Source of the DNA: Desulfomicrobium sp.
GTDB taxonomy: Bacteria; Desulfobacterota; Desulfovibrionia; Desulfovibrionales; Desulfomicrobiaceae
DNA: 64,000 bases
Assembly: GCA_040768745.1 (NCBI GenBank)
Contig: JAXGMI010000001.1
Coordinates: 384,001 to 448,000 of the forward strand
Direction of reading: 5' to 3'
The notes below the pieces were generated by a model. The model saw nothing but the letters and a program-made list of their open reading frames with translations, was not told the DNA's origin and did not search any database. Shown in pieces: positions 28,941 to 39,954 of the stretch (within the stretch, counting starts at the first letter, position 1; each line of letters begins with the position of its first letter). A program made the position numbers and the translations under genes.

Positions 28941-29772
28941 GTGCGACCACCTGCACGGCAGTTTCGCTGCGGCGGTCCAAATTCGCGCGGGCCTTGCGGC
29001 CAAGACGAGCGGCGGGGGCCCCGGGATAGCCGGCTTCGAGCCGATCCAGATAGGCCCTGGCCTGCTCGATCCGACCCTGGCGCATGGCGGCATAGGCCAA
29101 CTTCAGCAGGGCGTCGGGGCTCTTGGAGTGCCTGGGATAAAGCCGCACCACCTCCGCGAAGGATCGGCTGGCCTCTTCGTAATGGTGCTGGGCATACCAG
29201 GTCTCCCCTGTCCAGTAGAGGGCATTGGGCTTGAGCGGATGCGCGTGAAAACGGCGCGTGAACTGGCCGAAGAGTTCCCGGGAGCGAGCGAACTCGCCCT
29301 GCTCATAGTCCCGCAAGGCCTGGGCGTACAGCTTCTGTGGATCGAGGTTGTCAGCCGGGGCAGGCCGGGGCGGGGCTGCGGCCTGCCTGACCTGAGGCTG
29401 CGGGGATGATTTCTCCGCGAGGGCGTCCGGCTCCGGGACCGTGGCGTTGCCGGAAAGGACGGACTGGACAGGCCCGGAAGGCGGGGACAGACTTGGCGGC
29501 AGCTGGGCCACAACCACGTTGAAGTGACTGATGCGCCAGCTGCGCGAGACGGGCAGGCGCAGAATTCGGTGCGAAGGAGTCTCCAGATCGAGAATCAGGG
29601 TCCCCAACTCGGCCTGGATGGACTTGAGGCTGCGCAGAATTTCTCCGATCCGCACGTCCTGGAACCCGCCCGGGCTTTCTGGGCAGACCCCAAACCGGTT
29701 CCAGCCCATGCCGCCAAGCATGAGCACGACACCGGCAGCAATCCCGGCCAGAAACACCAGCGCTGCTTTCAT
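28933..29772 (-). CDS. Second CpoB/YbgF-like TPR protein
   Basis: NALYWTGE, KSPDALLKL; N-terminal TM. Confidence 0.75.
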   Translation of the reverse strand: MKAALVFLAGIAAGVVLMLGGMGWNRFGVCPESPGGFQDVRIGEILRSLKSIQAELGTLILDLETPSHRILRLPVSRSWRISHFNVVVAQLPPSLSPPSGPVQSVLSGNATVPEPDALAEKSSPQPQVRQAAAPPRPAPADNLDPQKLYAQALRDYEQGEFARSRELFGQFTRRFHAHPLKPNALYWTGETWYAQHHYEEASRSFAEVVRLYPRHSKSPDALLKLAYAAMRQGRIEQARAYLDRLEAGYPGAPAARLGRKARANLDRRSETAVQVVARG

Positions 29773-29937
29773 CCCTTCTCCACCTTCGTATGGCGCGACC
29801 AACATCACCGCATAGGGGAGAACCCGGGAATTTTCAAGTCAGGCCTGCCTTGCCTCCAGCGTGCTTTTGGGGCAGATAGCCCGCATCCGGCCGGACCATT
29901 CCCGAGCCGCACAACGACTGCATGCGCGAGGTTTTTT

Positions 29938-30903
29938 ATGGTCCTCTCCATCCCGTCCTGGGCCTTTGCCCTCCTCCCTCTGGCTTTCTTCGTGGCCGCG
30001 CTGTTCTGGGGCGCCCCGGCCGTGGCCCTGGTCAGCGAGCTCATCGGCGCCGTCACCGGCAAGCCCTTTCCGGCCCGCTGTGCCCGCCAGATTTCAGCGC
30101 TGGCCGTGCGTGGTCATGCCCTGGGCTGGATGTGCGTGCTGATCGCAGGCGGCGTGCTCTGGTCTGGCTCTTTCTGGCAATCCCCCTGGGCGACAGGGAA
30201 CCGCTTGATGCTTATCCTCGCCATGGCCCTGCCACTCTGTGGCACGCTGGCCCTGGTGGCCTATGATCTGGGATGGAAGGGGGCGCGGGAGCGCAGACTT
30301 TTTCACATCCTGCTCGGATGCGTGGCCAACGTGCCCATCAAGTACGGATATTGGGGTCTGGCGGGATTGGCCCTGCTCGCCTTTCGAGACCTGCCCCCTG
30401 GGCACCCTGCCTTCTTGCCCCCGGCCAGTTCGCCCCTGTGGCCGCTGTTCGGGCTATGGATGCCCCTGTCCCTCTGCCTCGCCGGCGGACTTGGCCTTGG
30501 ATATCTGGTCCTGCGCCGGAACAAGGATGACTGGGGGCGGGACTACTACCGATATGCCGCCCCGTTTCTTGGCAAATGGCAGATTGCCGGCGGATTGATG
30601 ACCCTGGCCATGCTCGTGTGGCTGTTTGTCAGCCTGCAGGGCGTGTTCAACCTCTTTCTGCCCCGCATTTTCTATCCCGGCCTTGGCAGCGCCATCTGTC
30701 TGGTTCTGGCCATGGCCCTGTCCCTGGTGCTGTGCTGCAGTGAAAATCCCATGCGGCTCAAGGGTTCCATGGCCGGCATCATCGCGTTGTGCTATCTGCA
30801 TTGCGCCCTGCTCGTGGCTGCAATCTGCGAGACCTTGACCCGCTATGTCCCGGGCTGGTCTCTGCCAACCTTCGTGCCCGATCTGCTGCAGCTTGTCGGG
30901 TAG
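29938..30903 (+). CDS. Conserved hypothetical multi-pass membrane protein
   Basis: Multiple TM helices; LRRNKDDWGRDYY motif. Confidence 0.75.
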   Translation: MVLSIPSWAFALLPLAFFVAALFWGAPAVALVSELIGAVTGKPFPARCARQISALAVRGHALGWMCVLIAGGVLWSGSFWQSPWATGNRLMLILAMALPLCGTLALVAYDLGWKGARERRLFHILLGCVANVPIKYGYWGLAGLALLAFRDLPPGHPAFLPPASSPLWPLFGLWMPLSLCLAGGLGLGYLVLRRNKDDWGRDYYRYAAPFLGKWQIAGGLMTLAMLVWLFVSLQGVFNLFLPRIFYPGLGSAICLVLAMALSLVLCCSENPMRLKGSMAGIIALCYLHCALLVAAICETLTRYVPGWSLPTFVPDLLQLVG

Positions 30904-30919
30904 CCAACCCGGCAACGAC

Positions 30920-31357
30920 TCAGCTGTCGCTGTCCTGCTGCAACTGGTGCCGGTGGTTCGTCCATAGATTCCAGAGGGTGCCCTTGGACCACTGACCCTG
31001 GCTGGACAGGGTGGGCACGCCTTCGGCCTGGAATATCTCGCAGATGCGGGCGAAGGAGAGACCCCGGTTCCGCAGGTCGCGGATGCGTTCGAGCACGGCA
31101 CGCTTATGGCCGGAAAGGAGGCGGGGGCTGGAGCGCCGGGGCTCTTCCTTCTGCCGGTTGGTGCTCTCGGTCAGGGATTCGAGGAGGGCGATCAGGTCGG
31201 TGATCCGATCCCCCTGCTCGCGCAGCATGGTCTTCATTTCGGCCATCTCGGCCCGCAGGTGATCGAGAGAGGCCCGATCCCGCTCGACCAGCCTGGACAG
31301 GGCCTCGTCGCGGATGCCCCGGGCCCGCTGGCGCGCCTCGTCGGCGGGGCGGGTCAC
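30920..31357 (-). CDS. Coiled-coil protein with recombinase-type DNA-binding C-terminus
   Basis: IRDLRNRGLSFARICEIFQAEGVPT..GQWSKGTL resembles the recombinase-domain HTH; no catalytic domain. Confidence 0.6.
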   Translation of the reverse strand: MTRPADEARQRARGIRDEALSRLVERDRASLDHLRAEMAEMKTMLREQGDRITDLIALLESLTESTNRQKEEPRRSSPRLLSGHKRAVLERIRDLRNRGLSFARICEIFQAEGVPTLSSQGQWSKGTLWNLWTNHRHQLQQDSDS

Positions 31358-31508
31358 GACCTTCCCCCCGCGTCAACCCCTTCGAACGGCGGCCACGGGG
31401 CGTGCGCTGACCCGCGCTGATCCGCGGCAGAGTGGGACACGTGGACGTCGAAGAAAACCATGTCACTCCGTGATCCGCCGAGACGGCGGAGTTTTCAGGA
31501 CGATAATC

Positions 31509-32654
31509 CTATGGTTGAGCCGTCCAGAGGGTCCCGACCCGGACCACCTGGATAAGGCTCTGCCGGCCAAGACGCTGTTTCAGGTATTCCTTGAAGGCCA
31601 CCTTGACCATCTCTTCCCGGCTCATGTTGCGCAGATAGTCGCCCGAGGCCAGGAGCTTCCGAAACGTTCCCGTCAAGGACGAACTCCCCTCGCCGCGGGC
31701 GAGGGCCTCAAGGTAGGGGGCGACTGTGGCGCGCAGGCTTTCCGCGCTGTCCGCCAGCAGGTCACGGTACATGGCCGCCAGCTCCTTGGCTCCGGGCAGG
31801 CGCGGAGATTCGAGCACGGTTTTGAAATCCGAGGCGAAACGCTTGATGCCGTTGATGATGTGACTGGCCTTGACCATGTTCATCCCGGCCCATCCGGCGT
31901 TGAGCCATTTGAAGGACCCCACCCGAACAATGCCTGCGGCGTCATCGGCCACGAAAACAAGGACGGAGTGGGCATTGTACATGTAGGAATCCACCCAGCC
32001 CAAACCCGTTTTGGTCAACCCCTTTTCTTCGGAGTACAGGTAGTTCCAGTTGGCGTCATCGCCGACCACGCAGCCCTTGCGGCCCACATCGGACGGCTCG
32101 GACTGACAGGACACGGAAATCAGAACTTGTCCAGTGGGTCCGGGAAAGACCGCCATGGCTCGATTCTGTTTGTATGCGTAATAGCCGCCAGTGTTGGCGT
32201 CCGGAGTGATGACCTCTCGTTCCGTGCCCCGGATCAAAGCCGTCCCCCTCTGTCCTATGGACTGGGCCAATTTTTTCAATTCCATGTCCATGGAGCGATC
32301 CAGCCATTCCTGTTCGCGCACCGATGAGGGCATGGTCACATAGATCGGAATGTCCGGATTGTAGACGTACTCGGTGAGCCGGGCCAGAGTTCCTCGCAGG
32401 GTGAAGGAGTAAAATGCGCCGGTGGCCTTGTTCCGGTCCTGCATGGCCATGCTCGTGTCCGCGGCCGTGGATCGCACGAAATCAACGATGCCGGAAACCT
32501 GGTCCCGGGCGAAATCCTTTTTCGTCACCGGCACAGACAGGATGTATTCCAGCCCTGGGTAGAGGGCGTCAGGAACGGACTGCTGGGCCAGGGAACGGCC
32601 AGGTATGGTCAGACAGAGTGTCACCAACATCCAGAGAAAAGGGCGAAAAAGCAT
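31509..32654 (-). CDS. Hypothetical exported protein
   Basis: Signal peptide ending SLA; 381-aa ORF. Confidence 0.7.
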   Translation of the reverse strand: MLFRPFLWMLVTLCLTIPGRSLAQQSVPDALYPGLEYILSVPVTKKDFARDQVSGIVDFVRSTAADTSMAMQDRNKATGAFYSFTLRGTLARLTEYVYNPDIPIYVTMPSSVREQEWLDRSMDMELKKLAQSIGQRGTALIRGTEREVITPDANTGGYYAYKQNRAMAVFPGPTGQVLISVSCQSEPSDVGRKGCVVGDDANWNYLYSEEKGLTKTGLGWVDSYMYNAHSVLVFVADDAAGIVRVGSFKWLNAGWAGMNMVKASHIINGIKRFASDFKTVLESPRLPGAKELAAMYRDLLADSAESLRATVAPYLEALARGEGSSSLTGTFRKLLASGDYLRNMSREEMVKVAFKEYLKQRLGRQSLIQVVRVGTLWTAQP

Positions 32655-32864
32655 AGTATCCTTCCCGTTGGGAGTTCACCGCCGCAGCGGTCAAAAGTTG
32701 TGGTGTTGCGGAAAATCAGACCCTTTTTTTCCTTTCTCACACCATGGCCTTGGATTCAAGGGCCGGATGGAGGCCCAAACGGCGGCAGCTCCCATATCTC
32801 CCCTGTCCTGGACGAAGACGCGGACCTGGGCTATACAGGAATGCGTCGCAACCAACCCGATGCC

Positions 32865-33989
32865 ATGACAGATTCGCCCACCCTCACCGTTGACCTCCGG
32901 TCTGATTCCTTGGGTCTGGCCTTGCGCGGGGCTCTGAACCTGCACACCACCCCGGCAATCCTGAACCGGCTGGCCAAACTTCCCCTGCCCCTGCCCGGCC
33001 GCATCAGCGTGGACATGGGCGGAGTGGAACGCATGGATGACTGCGGGGCCCTGGTCATGATCCGCCTCCAAAGAATGGCCAGGGAGCACGACAGCGCGAT
33101 CACTTGGCAGAACATCCCCGAACATGTTCAGGAAGTGGCGCGTTTTTTGCGCCTCGAAAGCCTGCCGGAAACCACCCGGTCCACGAAGACAAAACCCGGT
33201 TTTCTGGCCCGCTTCGGGATGAAGACCCTTCATGTCACAGACCAGGCGGGCAACCATGTGGCCTTTGTGGGCGAACTCACCGTCGGCCTCTTCTCGCTGT
33301 TCAGGCATCCCGGACGTCTCCGTCTGGGCGACACGATCACATACATGCAACGGGTTGGCGTGGACGCCCTGCCTATCGTTGGGCTGATCAGCTTCCTGCT
33401 GGGTCTGATCATGGCCTTCATGTCCGCGGTGCAGCTGCAGCAGTTCGGGGCCAACATCTACGTGGCCTCCCTGGTGGCGCTGGCCATGGTCCGCGAACTG
33501 GGACCGATCATGACGGCCATTATCGTGGCTGGCCGGTCCGGGTCGGCCTTTGCCGCTGAAATCGGAACCATGAAGGTCTCAGAGGAAGTGGACGCCCTCA
33601 TCACCATGGGCTTTCAGCCGACCATGTTCCTGGTGGCCCCCAAGGTCATCGCCTCCTTTCTGGTGGTACCCCTGCTGGCCCTCTATTCCAACCTTTTCGC
33701 CATTGCAGGCGGGCTGCTGATCGGAGTGACCACCCTGAACCTGACCCCCCATGCCTACATGCTGCAGACCATGAACACCCTGACCATCTTCGACGTGAAC
33801 TGGGGAATCTTCAAGAGCGCCATCTTCGCCGTGCTCATTGCCGCCATCGGCTGTTTCAAGGGCTACCAGGTCCGTGGCGGGGCGGCCAGCGTGGGCCAGG
33901 CGACCACCTCTGCGGTGGTCACGAGCATGTTCATGATCATCCTGGTGGACTCAATCCTGGCCGTCATCCTGAGGTACTGGAGGCCATGA
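32865..33989 (+). CDS. mlaE: MlaE-family ABC permease with N-terminal STAS domain
   Basis: RELGPIMTAIIVAGRSGSAFAAEIGTMKVSEEVDAL. Confidence 0.9.
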   Translation: MTDSPTLTVDLRSDSLGLALRGALNLHTTPAILNRLAKLPLPLPGRISVDMGGVERMDDCGALVMIRLQRMAREHDSAITWQNIPEHVQEVARFLRLESLPETTRSTKTKPGFLARFGMKTLHVTDQAGNHVAFVGELTVGLFSLFRHPGRLRLGDTITYMQRVGVDALPIVGLISFLLGLIMAFMSAVQLQQFGANIYVASLVALAMVRELGPIMTAIIVAGRSGSAFAAEIGTMKVSEEVDALITMGFQPTMFLVAPKVIASFLVVPLLALYSNLFAIAGGLLIGVTTLNLTPHAYMLQTMNTLTIFDVNWGIFKSAIFAVLIAAIGCFKGYQVRGGAASVGQATTSAVVTSMFMIILVDSILAVILRYWRP

Positions 33990-34744
33990 CCAGTCCGGTC
34001 ATTTCCGTACGGGGTCTGACCATGGGATTCGGCGGACAGACTCTGATGGAGAATCTCGATTTCGACATCCTGGGTGGGGAAATTTTCGTCATCCTGGGTG
34101 GAAGCGGCTGCGGTAAATCCACCCTGCTCAAGCATCTGGTCGGCCTGCACAAGCCCATGTCCGGATCCATCACCATCGCCGGAATGCGCATGGACCCTGG
34201 CGATACCGAGACCTTCCATCGCATCCTGGCCTGCATAGGAGTCATGTATCAGGGAGGGGCACTCTTCTCCTCCATGACCTTAGGCGAAAATGTGGCACTG
34301 CCCATCGCCGAGTATTCCGATCTGGACCAAGGGGACATCGCCGACCTTGTCCGGCTGAAGCTGCGTCAGGTCGGCCTGGAAGGATTTGAACACCATCTGC
34401 CCGAGGAACTGTCCGGAGGGATGAAAAAACGGGCGGCCATCGCCAGGGCGCTGGCTCTCAACCCCGGCATACTTTTTCTGGACGAACCTTCGGCCGGCCT
34501 GGATCCCATCAGTTCGGCCGAACTGGATGCCCTGATCCTACGCCTGAACCGCACCCTGGGCGCCACCTTCGTGGTCGTCACCCACGAATTGTCTTCCATC
34601 TTCACCATTGCAGGCCGGGTCATCATGCTCGATAAGAAATCCAAGTCCATCATCGCCGAAGGCGACCCCCGAGTCCTGCGGGACACAAGTCCGCATCCCT
34701 TCGTCCGCCAATTCTTCAATCGACGGCCGGAAATGGAGGCATAA
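33986..34744 (+). CDS. mlaF: MlaF-family ABC ATPase
   Basis: GGSGCGKST, LSGGMKKR, LDEP, VTH. Confidence 0.9.
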   Translation: MTSPVISVRGLTMGFGGQTLMENLDFDILGGEIFVILGGSGCGKSTLLKHLVGLHKPMSGSITIAGMRMDPGDTETFHRILACIGVMYQGGALFSSMTLGENVALPIAEYSDLDQGDIADLVRLKLRQVGLEGFEHHLPEELSGGMKKRAAIARALALNPGILFLDEPSAGLDPISSAELDALILRLNRTLGATFVVVTHELSSIFTIAGRVIMLDKKSKSIIAEGDPRVLRDTSPHPFVRQFFNRRPEMEA

Positions 34745-35757
34745 TGGCTTCGGCTCGCGTCAATTTCACTGTGGGGCTGTTCATGACCGCCGGGCTGGCC
34801 CTGGCCACCGTGGCCATTATCTGGCTGGGCATGACGTCCTTCCTGCGCAAGGGCGAGATGTTCGTAACCTATTTCGACGAATCCGTGCAGGGCCTGGGCG
34901 TTGACTCCCCGGTCAAGTACCGGGGTGTGCCCGTGGGCCGGGTTACGGACATACGCATCGCCCCTGACTATCATCTCATTGAAGTGGTCATCCTGGTCGA
35001 TGACGAACACACCGGGGTTGAAAACCGCTTTGCGGGGAGCGTGGCCAGCCTGGCCAACGTGGGTATCACCGGGGCCATGTTCGTGGAAATCGACAAGGCC
35101 AAACCCAGCACATTGGACTTGGCACCGCCCCTGAGTTTTACTCCGGAATATCCGGTCATCCCTTCCAAACCGTCGGAGATCAAAAAATTCTTTTCCGAGA
35201 TCGAACAAATTGCCAGGAAGATTCAGTCCATCGATTTCAAAGGCATCTCGGACCAGGCCCTGGCCACGTTCGGGTCCCTCAACGCCGGCATCGAATCCGC
35301 CCAGATCGGGGCCATTGCGTCTGACATCCGCACCTTGCTGGCCAGCCTCAATGCCGTGGCCGATCCCACTCGCCTGAATGCCATGGCCCAGAACATGGAT
35401 CGCACCGTCCTCGCCTCCCGAACGTTGATGGAAAGGGCTGCGACTGACCTGAGCCGCCTGGATGAAATTCTGGGTCAAATTCAGGGCATAGTGAATGCCA
35501 GCCGGCCACACATAGAAAACACCCTGGGATCCATGGCCTCCACGACCCTCAAGGCTGACGCATTCATGACCCAGAGCACGGCCACGGTGTTTCAGATGCA
35601 GTCCTCCATCAAGGAGTTGCAGGATCGCATGACCACCACAGCTGACAATCTCGAACAGACCTCCGCCAACCTGAACGCGCTCCTCAACAACCTGAAGGAC
35701 CAGCCGTCCCAGCTTCTCTTTGCCCAGCCCAAGAAGCCGCGACAGGTGGAGGAATAG
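34744..35757 (+). CDS. mlaD: MlaD/MCE family protein
   Basis: SVQGLGVDSPVKYRGVPVG; helical C-terminus. Confidence 0.88.
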   Translation: MASARVNFTVGLFMTAGLALATVAIIWLGMTSFLRKGEMFVTYFDESVQGLGVDSPVKYRGVPVGRVTDIRIAPDYHLIEVVILVDDEHTGVENRFAGSVASLANVGITGAMFVEIDKAKPSTLDLAPPLSFTPEYPVIPSKPSEIKKFFSEIEQIARKIQSIDFKGISDQALATFGSLNAGIESAQIGAIASDIRTLLASLNAVADPTRLNAMAQNMDRTVLASRTLMERAATDLSRLDEILGQIQGIVNASRPHIENTLGSMASTTLKADAFMTQSTATVFQMQSSIKELQDRMTTTADNLEQTSANLNALLNNLKDQPSQLLFAQPKKPRQVEE

Positions 35758-35766
35758 GGAACGAAC

Positions 35767-36378
35767 ATGGTCATCCGCCTTCTCGCATCGTGTCTTCTGG
35801 TCCTGACCCTGGCGGGTTGCGCTGCAACCCGTCCGTCCTCCCCGGACACCCGCTTCTACACCCTGGAATACGATCCCCCCCTCGTGGACGGCCAGCCCTG
35901 CAGCGCCGTCATCCAGATGACCCGCTTCGGCGTGGCCCCGGAATTCAACACCACGAAACTCGTCTACCGCGACCTGGCCTTCGGCCGCCAGGAATACGCC
36001 TACCATCAGTGGCGGGGCACGCCCCAGGCCCTGGTGGCGGATTATCTGCGCCGGGACATGCAGAAAAGCGGACTCTTCATGGCGGTCGCGGGCCCGAATT
36101 CATCCATGCCGGCCACACACCAGCTGGAGGGCGTTGTGGAGGAATGGATGGAACTGGACCAGGCGGAGCGATGGCTGGCCTCGGCAGAACTGACCATCAT
36201 CCTTCTGGACGTTCGCACAGGGGGGATACCGGACCTGGTCATATTTCAACGGACCTACAAAACGTCGGAACCGTGTGCCAAAAAAAATCCCGCCTCAGTG
36301 GCCGAAGCCATGAGCCGGGTTATGCGGAACCTGTCACAAAGGATCGTCACCGACGTGCACGCTGCCGTGCGGAACTAG
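35767..36378 (+). CDS. ABC-type transport auxiliary lipoprotein (PqiC-like)
   Basis: Lipobox LAGC; follows mlaD; YHQW..P motif. Confidence 0.8.
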   Translation: MVIRLLASCLLVLTLAGCAATRPSSPDTRFYTLEYDPPLVDGQPCSAVIQMTRFGVAPEFNTTKLVYRDLAFGRQEYAYHQWRGTPQALVADYLRRDMQKSGLFMAVAGPNSSMPATHQLEGVVEEWMELDQAERWLASAELTIILLDVRTGGIPDLVIFQRTYKTSEPCAKKNPASVAEAMSRVMRNLSQRIVTDVHAAVRN

Positions 36379-36396
36379 GAGAGTACCCTCCGCCTT

Positions 36397-37296
36397 CTAG
36401 GGTTTTCCGTCGGTGGTCAGTCCATTGAAGGACGCAATGATCTCCCAGGCCTGCTCGGCCGTGCTGACGTACTGGAAGATGTCCAGGTCCTCCGGGTTGA
36501 TGGTCCCCTCCTCCACCAATGCATCAAAATTGATCACTTTTTGCCAGAAACGCCGGCCAAAGAGCAGGACCGGAATGGGCCGCACTTTGCTGGTTTGAAT
36601 GAGGGTCAGGGCCTCGAAGAGTTCGTCCATGGTCCCGAACCCTCCCGGAAAGGCCACCAGGGCCTTGGCCCGCATCAGCAGATGCATCTTTCGGATGGCG
36701 AAATAATGGAACTGAAAGCTCAGTTCCGGGGTGATATAGGGATTGGGCTCCTGCTCGAAAGGCAGGACAATGTTCATGCCGATGCTTTTGGCCCCCACGT
36801 CGTGGGCGCCCTGGTTGGCCGCACCCATGATCCCGAACCCGCCGCCGGTCATGACCACGTGCCTGTACCGTTCTGAATTCTCGGAAATGAGCCGGCCGAG
36901 TTTGCGCGCTTCCGTATAGTAGCGGCTGTTGGCCACGATCGTGCGGGCGCGGACCAGCTCCTGGTGCAGAACCGGGTCCTCCGGGTTTTTCTTCAACCCA
37001 TCCAGCACCTTTTCCATGCGCACATTGGCCGTTTCAGGATCAACCATGCGGGCACTGCCGAAAATGACCACCGTGGATTCGATCTGCTGCTCCTGCAGGG
37101 CCAGCTCGGGCTTCAGAAGTTCCAGCTGCAGCCGCACCGGCCGGAGCTCCTCCCGCAACAGGAAATCCTGGTCCTGGAAGGCCAGGCGATAGGATGGGGA
37201 ATTGCACTGCGCCGTATTGACGTGCCTCTGGGCGGCCACGGCATCCTCGTTGGCCGAAGGGAACATTCCGAAACGACGGGAAAGTTTGGTTTTCAT
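36397..37296 (-). CDS. LOG family (TIGR00730) nucleotide-binding protein
   Basis: FGSAR, TGGG.GIM, FAIRKMH, PGGFGTMDE. Confidence 0.9.
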   Translation of the reverse strand: MKTKLSRRFGMFPSANEDAVAAQRHVNTAQCNSPSYRLAFQDQDFLLREELRPVRLQLELLKPELALQEQQIESTVVIFGSARMVDPETANVRMEKVLDGLKKNPEDPVLHQELVRARTIVANSRYYTEARKLGRLISENSERYRHVVMTGGGFGIMGAANQGAHDVGAKSIGMNIVLPFEQEPNPYITPELSFQFHYFAIRKMHLLMRAKALVAFPGGFGTMDELFEALTLIQTSKVRPIPVLLFGRRFWQKVINFDALVEEGTINPEDLDIFQYVSTAEQAWEIIASFNGLTTDGKP

Positions 37297-37439
37297 TGTC
37301 CTTCCTTGATTAAATGAAGCTCCCTGGCGATCTTTTCTGACATGCACGGGCGCCATGTGCACCGACCGCCCTCCAAAGACAAGCGGCCCTCACGGGCCGC
37401 CAAATCCAAATCATCACTCTCCGGCTGAGGCTGCAAGGC

Positions 37440-37751
37440 TCAATCCACGATTTTTTCCAGCCAATCCAGCGCCGCTGCGACCGTAGGGAAACCGATGGTG
37501 GCAGTCAAGACAATGACCGCATGCCGGACCTCTTCGGGGGTGGCTCCGGCCTGCAAGGCTCGCCGGGCATGGCTGCGCACGGCGCCCTCCGATCTGAGCG
37601 CCACCGACGCACCCAGCTGGATGAGCTGGATATCCTTGTCCTTCAAAGGCCCGGCCCCTTGCGCAGTCTTGCCCAATGTCTCGGCCGCGCCAATCAGATC
37701 CGGATACATCCCCTGCAGTTTCTGATAATGTTTGGGTTTACCCGTGCTCAT
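37440..37751 (-). CDS. Carboxymuconolactone decarboxylase family protein
   Basis: SEGAVRSHARRA, GATPEE, TIGFP. Confidence 0.85.
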   Translation of the reverse strand: MSTGKPKHYQKLQGMYPDLIGAAETLGKTAQGAGPLKDKDIQLIQLGASVALRSEGAVRSHARRALQAGATPEEVRHAVIVLTATIGFPTVAAALDWLEKIVD

Positions 37752-37848
37752 GCGTTCCTCCAGTTCGTGAAATGGTTCGGGTCGTTCATTGACGCGACCA
37801 TAAATCAATCATAGTGGCAACTGGTCCTGAAAAACAAGGAGTTTTGCC

Positions 37849-38211
37849 ATGAAAATCGCCATCCCCACTGCCGGCGGCCATGTGGACGAACATTTCGGTC
37901 ACGCCCGGACCTTCACCATTTTCACCTTGAGCAATTCCGGAGAAGTTCTGGAAGAGGAGACATTCTACCCCCCATCGGGCTGTGGATGCCAGTCCACTGT
38001 GGGAGTGACCATGCAGGCCAAGGGCGTGAGCCTGATGCTGGCAGGCAACATCGGCCAGGGCGCCATCACCAAGATGGCCGGGCACGGCATCAGTGTGATC
38101 CGGGGATGCGCGGGAGAGATCCGCGACGTCCTGACCCGTTGGCAGCGCGGAGAGATCACGGACCAGGACATCCTCTGCACCCATGACGGCTGCGGCCACC
38201 AGGGAAATTGA
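37849..38211 (+). CDS. NifB/NifX family cofactor-binding protein
   Basis: MKIAIP, VDEHFGH, GNIGQGA. Confidence 0.85.
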   Translation: MKIAIPTAGGHVDEHFGHARTFTIFTLSNSGEVLEEETFYPPSGCGCQSTVGVTMQAKGVSLMLAGNIGQGAITKMAGHGISVIRGCAGEIRDVLTRWQRGEITDQDILCTHDGCGHQGN

Positions 38212-38212
38212 C

Positions 38213-38683
38213 ATGGAATGCCCTTGCCGCTCCGGACGTCTTTTCGCGGACTGCTGCGGCCCCATCATCACCGGAAAGACCGCGGCCCCGACGCCCGAAG
38301 CCCTGATGCGCTCGCGCTTCACGGCCTTCAGCCGCGACGAGATGGACCACCTGCGCGAGTCCATGGTCGAGGAGCACCGCAGCGAGTTCCACGCCGACGA
38401 CGTGCGGCGCTGGAACCGGGAGACGGCTTGGCTGAACCTGGAGATCCTGGAGACGGCAGTGGACGGCGACGAGGGCATGGTCCGCTTCCGGGCGACGTTC
38501 CGCCACAAGGGCGGCACCCAGAGCCTGACGGAGCGCAGCCGCTTCGTGCGCCGTGAAGGCCGCTGGTACTATCTGGACGGGGAGCACGAGACCGCGACTG
38601 TCCGCAACGAACATCCCAAAGCCGGCCGGAACGATCCCTGCCCCTGCGGCAGCGGAAAAAAATTCAAGAAGTGTTGCGGGTAG
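38213..38683 (+). CDS. ychJ: YchJ family protein with SEC-C motifs
   Basis: [43 protein letters not shown]. Confidence 0.9.
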   Translation: MECPCRSGRLFADCCGPIITGKTAAPTPEALMRSRFTAFSRDEMDHLRESMVEEHRSEFHADDVRRWNRETAWLNLEILETAVDGDEGMVRFRATFRHKGGTQSLTERSRFVRREGRWYYLDGEHETATVRNEHPKAGRNDPCPCGSGKKFKKCCG

Positions 38684-38688
38684 AGTAT

Positions 38689-39954
38689 ATGTCTGTCATT
38701 TTTTCCATCGTCCTCGTCTTCGCCGTGATGCTTGCGGGCATTCGGCTGAAGCTGGGCCTTGGCCTGTCTATCCTGGCGGGCAGTCTGGTCCTGGCCCTGC
38801 TTTTCGGCATGACGCCGGCGGCCTGGATCAAGGCCATACCCAAGGCCCTGCTGACCGAGGAGGCCTTCGTGCTCTGCGCCATCATCGCCGTCATCCTGGT
38901 CTTCAGCGCCCTGTACTCGGCCTCGGGGCAGTCGGCACGGTTCATGAGCGCCATCCGCGGACGTATACGCTCCCGGTCCCTGCTGCTGGTCTTTTTCCCG
39001 GCCCTCATCGGCCTGCTGCCCATGCCCGGCGGCGCCATCTTCTCGGCGCCCATGGTGCAGAAGGCCGCCGAAGAACTCGACGTCTCGCCCCGGGACCAGA
39101 CCCTCATCAACTACTGGTTCCGCCATATCTGGGAATTGGCCTGGCCCCTCTACCCCGGCCTCATCCTGGCCTCCTCCCTGGCGGCCATACCCGTCACGGG
39201 GCTCATCGCCCTCATGTGGCCCGGGCCTTTTGTCAGCATTTCCCTTGGCTGGCTCCTCATCCTGCGGCCGGCCCTGAAGCACGCCCCTCGCCTGCCAGCT
39301 GCAACGGAGCAGAACGGCGGCGACAGCGGATGGAGCGGTGGCATCCCCCTGCTGACGGCCATTCTCGGATCCATCGCCGGCGAATGGATCTGCGCCCGGC
39401 TCTGGCCTGGCAGACCCATGGAGTACGGCGTCATCGCCGCCCTGATCCTGGCCTCCCTGGCAAGCCTGGCCATGGCCCGGGCCAGATGGACCGAGGTCCT
39501 GCGCGAGGCGGGCAAGGACAACACCCTGTCCCTGCTGGCCGTGGTCGGGGGCATCTTCGTCTTCAAGGAAGTCCTGCACCAGGGGCACGTCGTGGAAGCC
39601 CTGGCCCGGATCATCGGGGGCGGCAACGCCGTGTTCATCATGGCCTCCACCCTGCCCTTCCTGGTGGGCTTCGTGTCCGGTCTGACCATCGCCTTTGTCG
39701 GCGCGACCTTCCCCCTGCTTTTCGGCCTGGCCCAATCCACGGGACAGGAGCATCTTGTCCCGGCCATTCTCAGCCTGGGTTTCTATTCCGGCCTGGCGGG
39801 CATCATGGCTTCACCCATGCACATCTGCTACCTGATGACCTGCAACTTCTTCCACCAGGACCCGGGCAAGCTGCTGCCACGCATCATCATCCCTGGCCTG
39901 CTGCTCATCCCGGCCGGCATGGTCGTGACCTTCCTGAACACCTTCTGGCGGTGA
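38689..39954 (+). CDS. DUF401 family membrane protein
   Basis: PALIGLLPMPGGAIFSAP, NYWFRHIWE, SPMHIC. Confidence 0.85.
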   Translation: MSVIFSIVLVFAVMLAGIRLKLGLGLSILAGSLVLALLFGMTPAAWIKAIPKALLTEEAFVLCAIIAVILVFSALYSASGQSARFMSAIRGRIRSRSLLLVFFPALIGLLPMPGGAIFSAPMVQKAAEELDVSPRDQTLINYWFRHIWELAWPLYPGLILASSLAAIPVTGLIALMWPGPFVSISLGWLLILRPALKHAPRLPAATEQNGGDSGWSGGIPLLTAILGSIAGEWICARLWPGRPMEYGVIAALILASLASLAMARARWTEVLREAGKDNTLSLLAVVGGIFVFKEVLHQGHVVEALARIIGGGNAVFIMASTLPFLVGFVSGLTIAFVGATFPLLFGLAQSTGQEHLVPAILSLGFYSGLAGIMASPMHICYLMTCNFFHQDPGKLLPRIIIPGLLLIPAGMVVTFLNTFWR

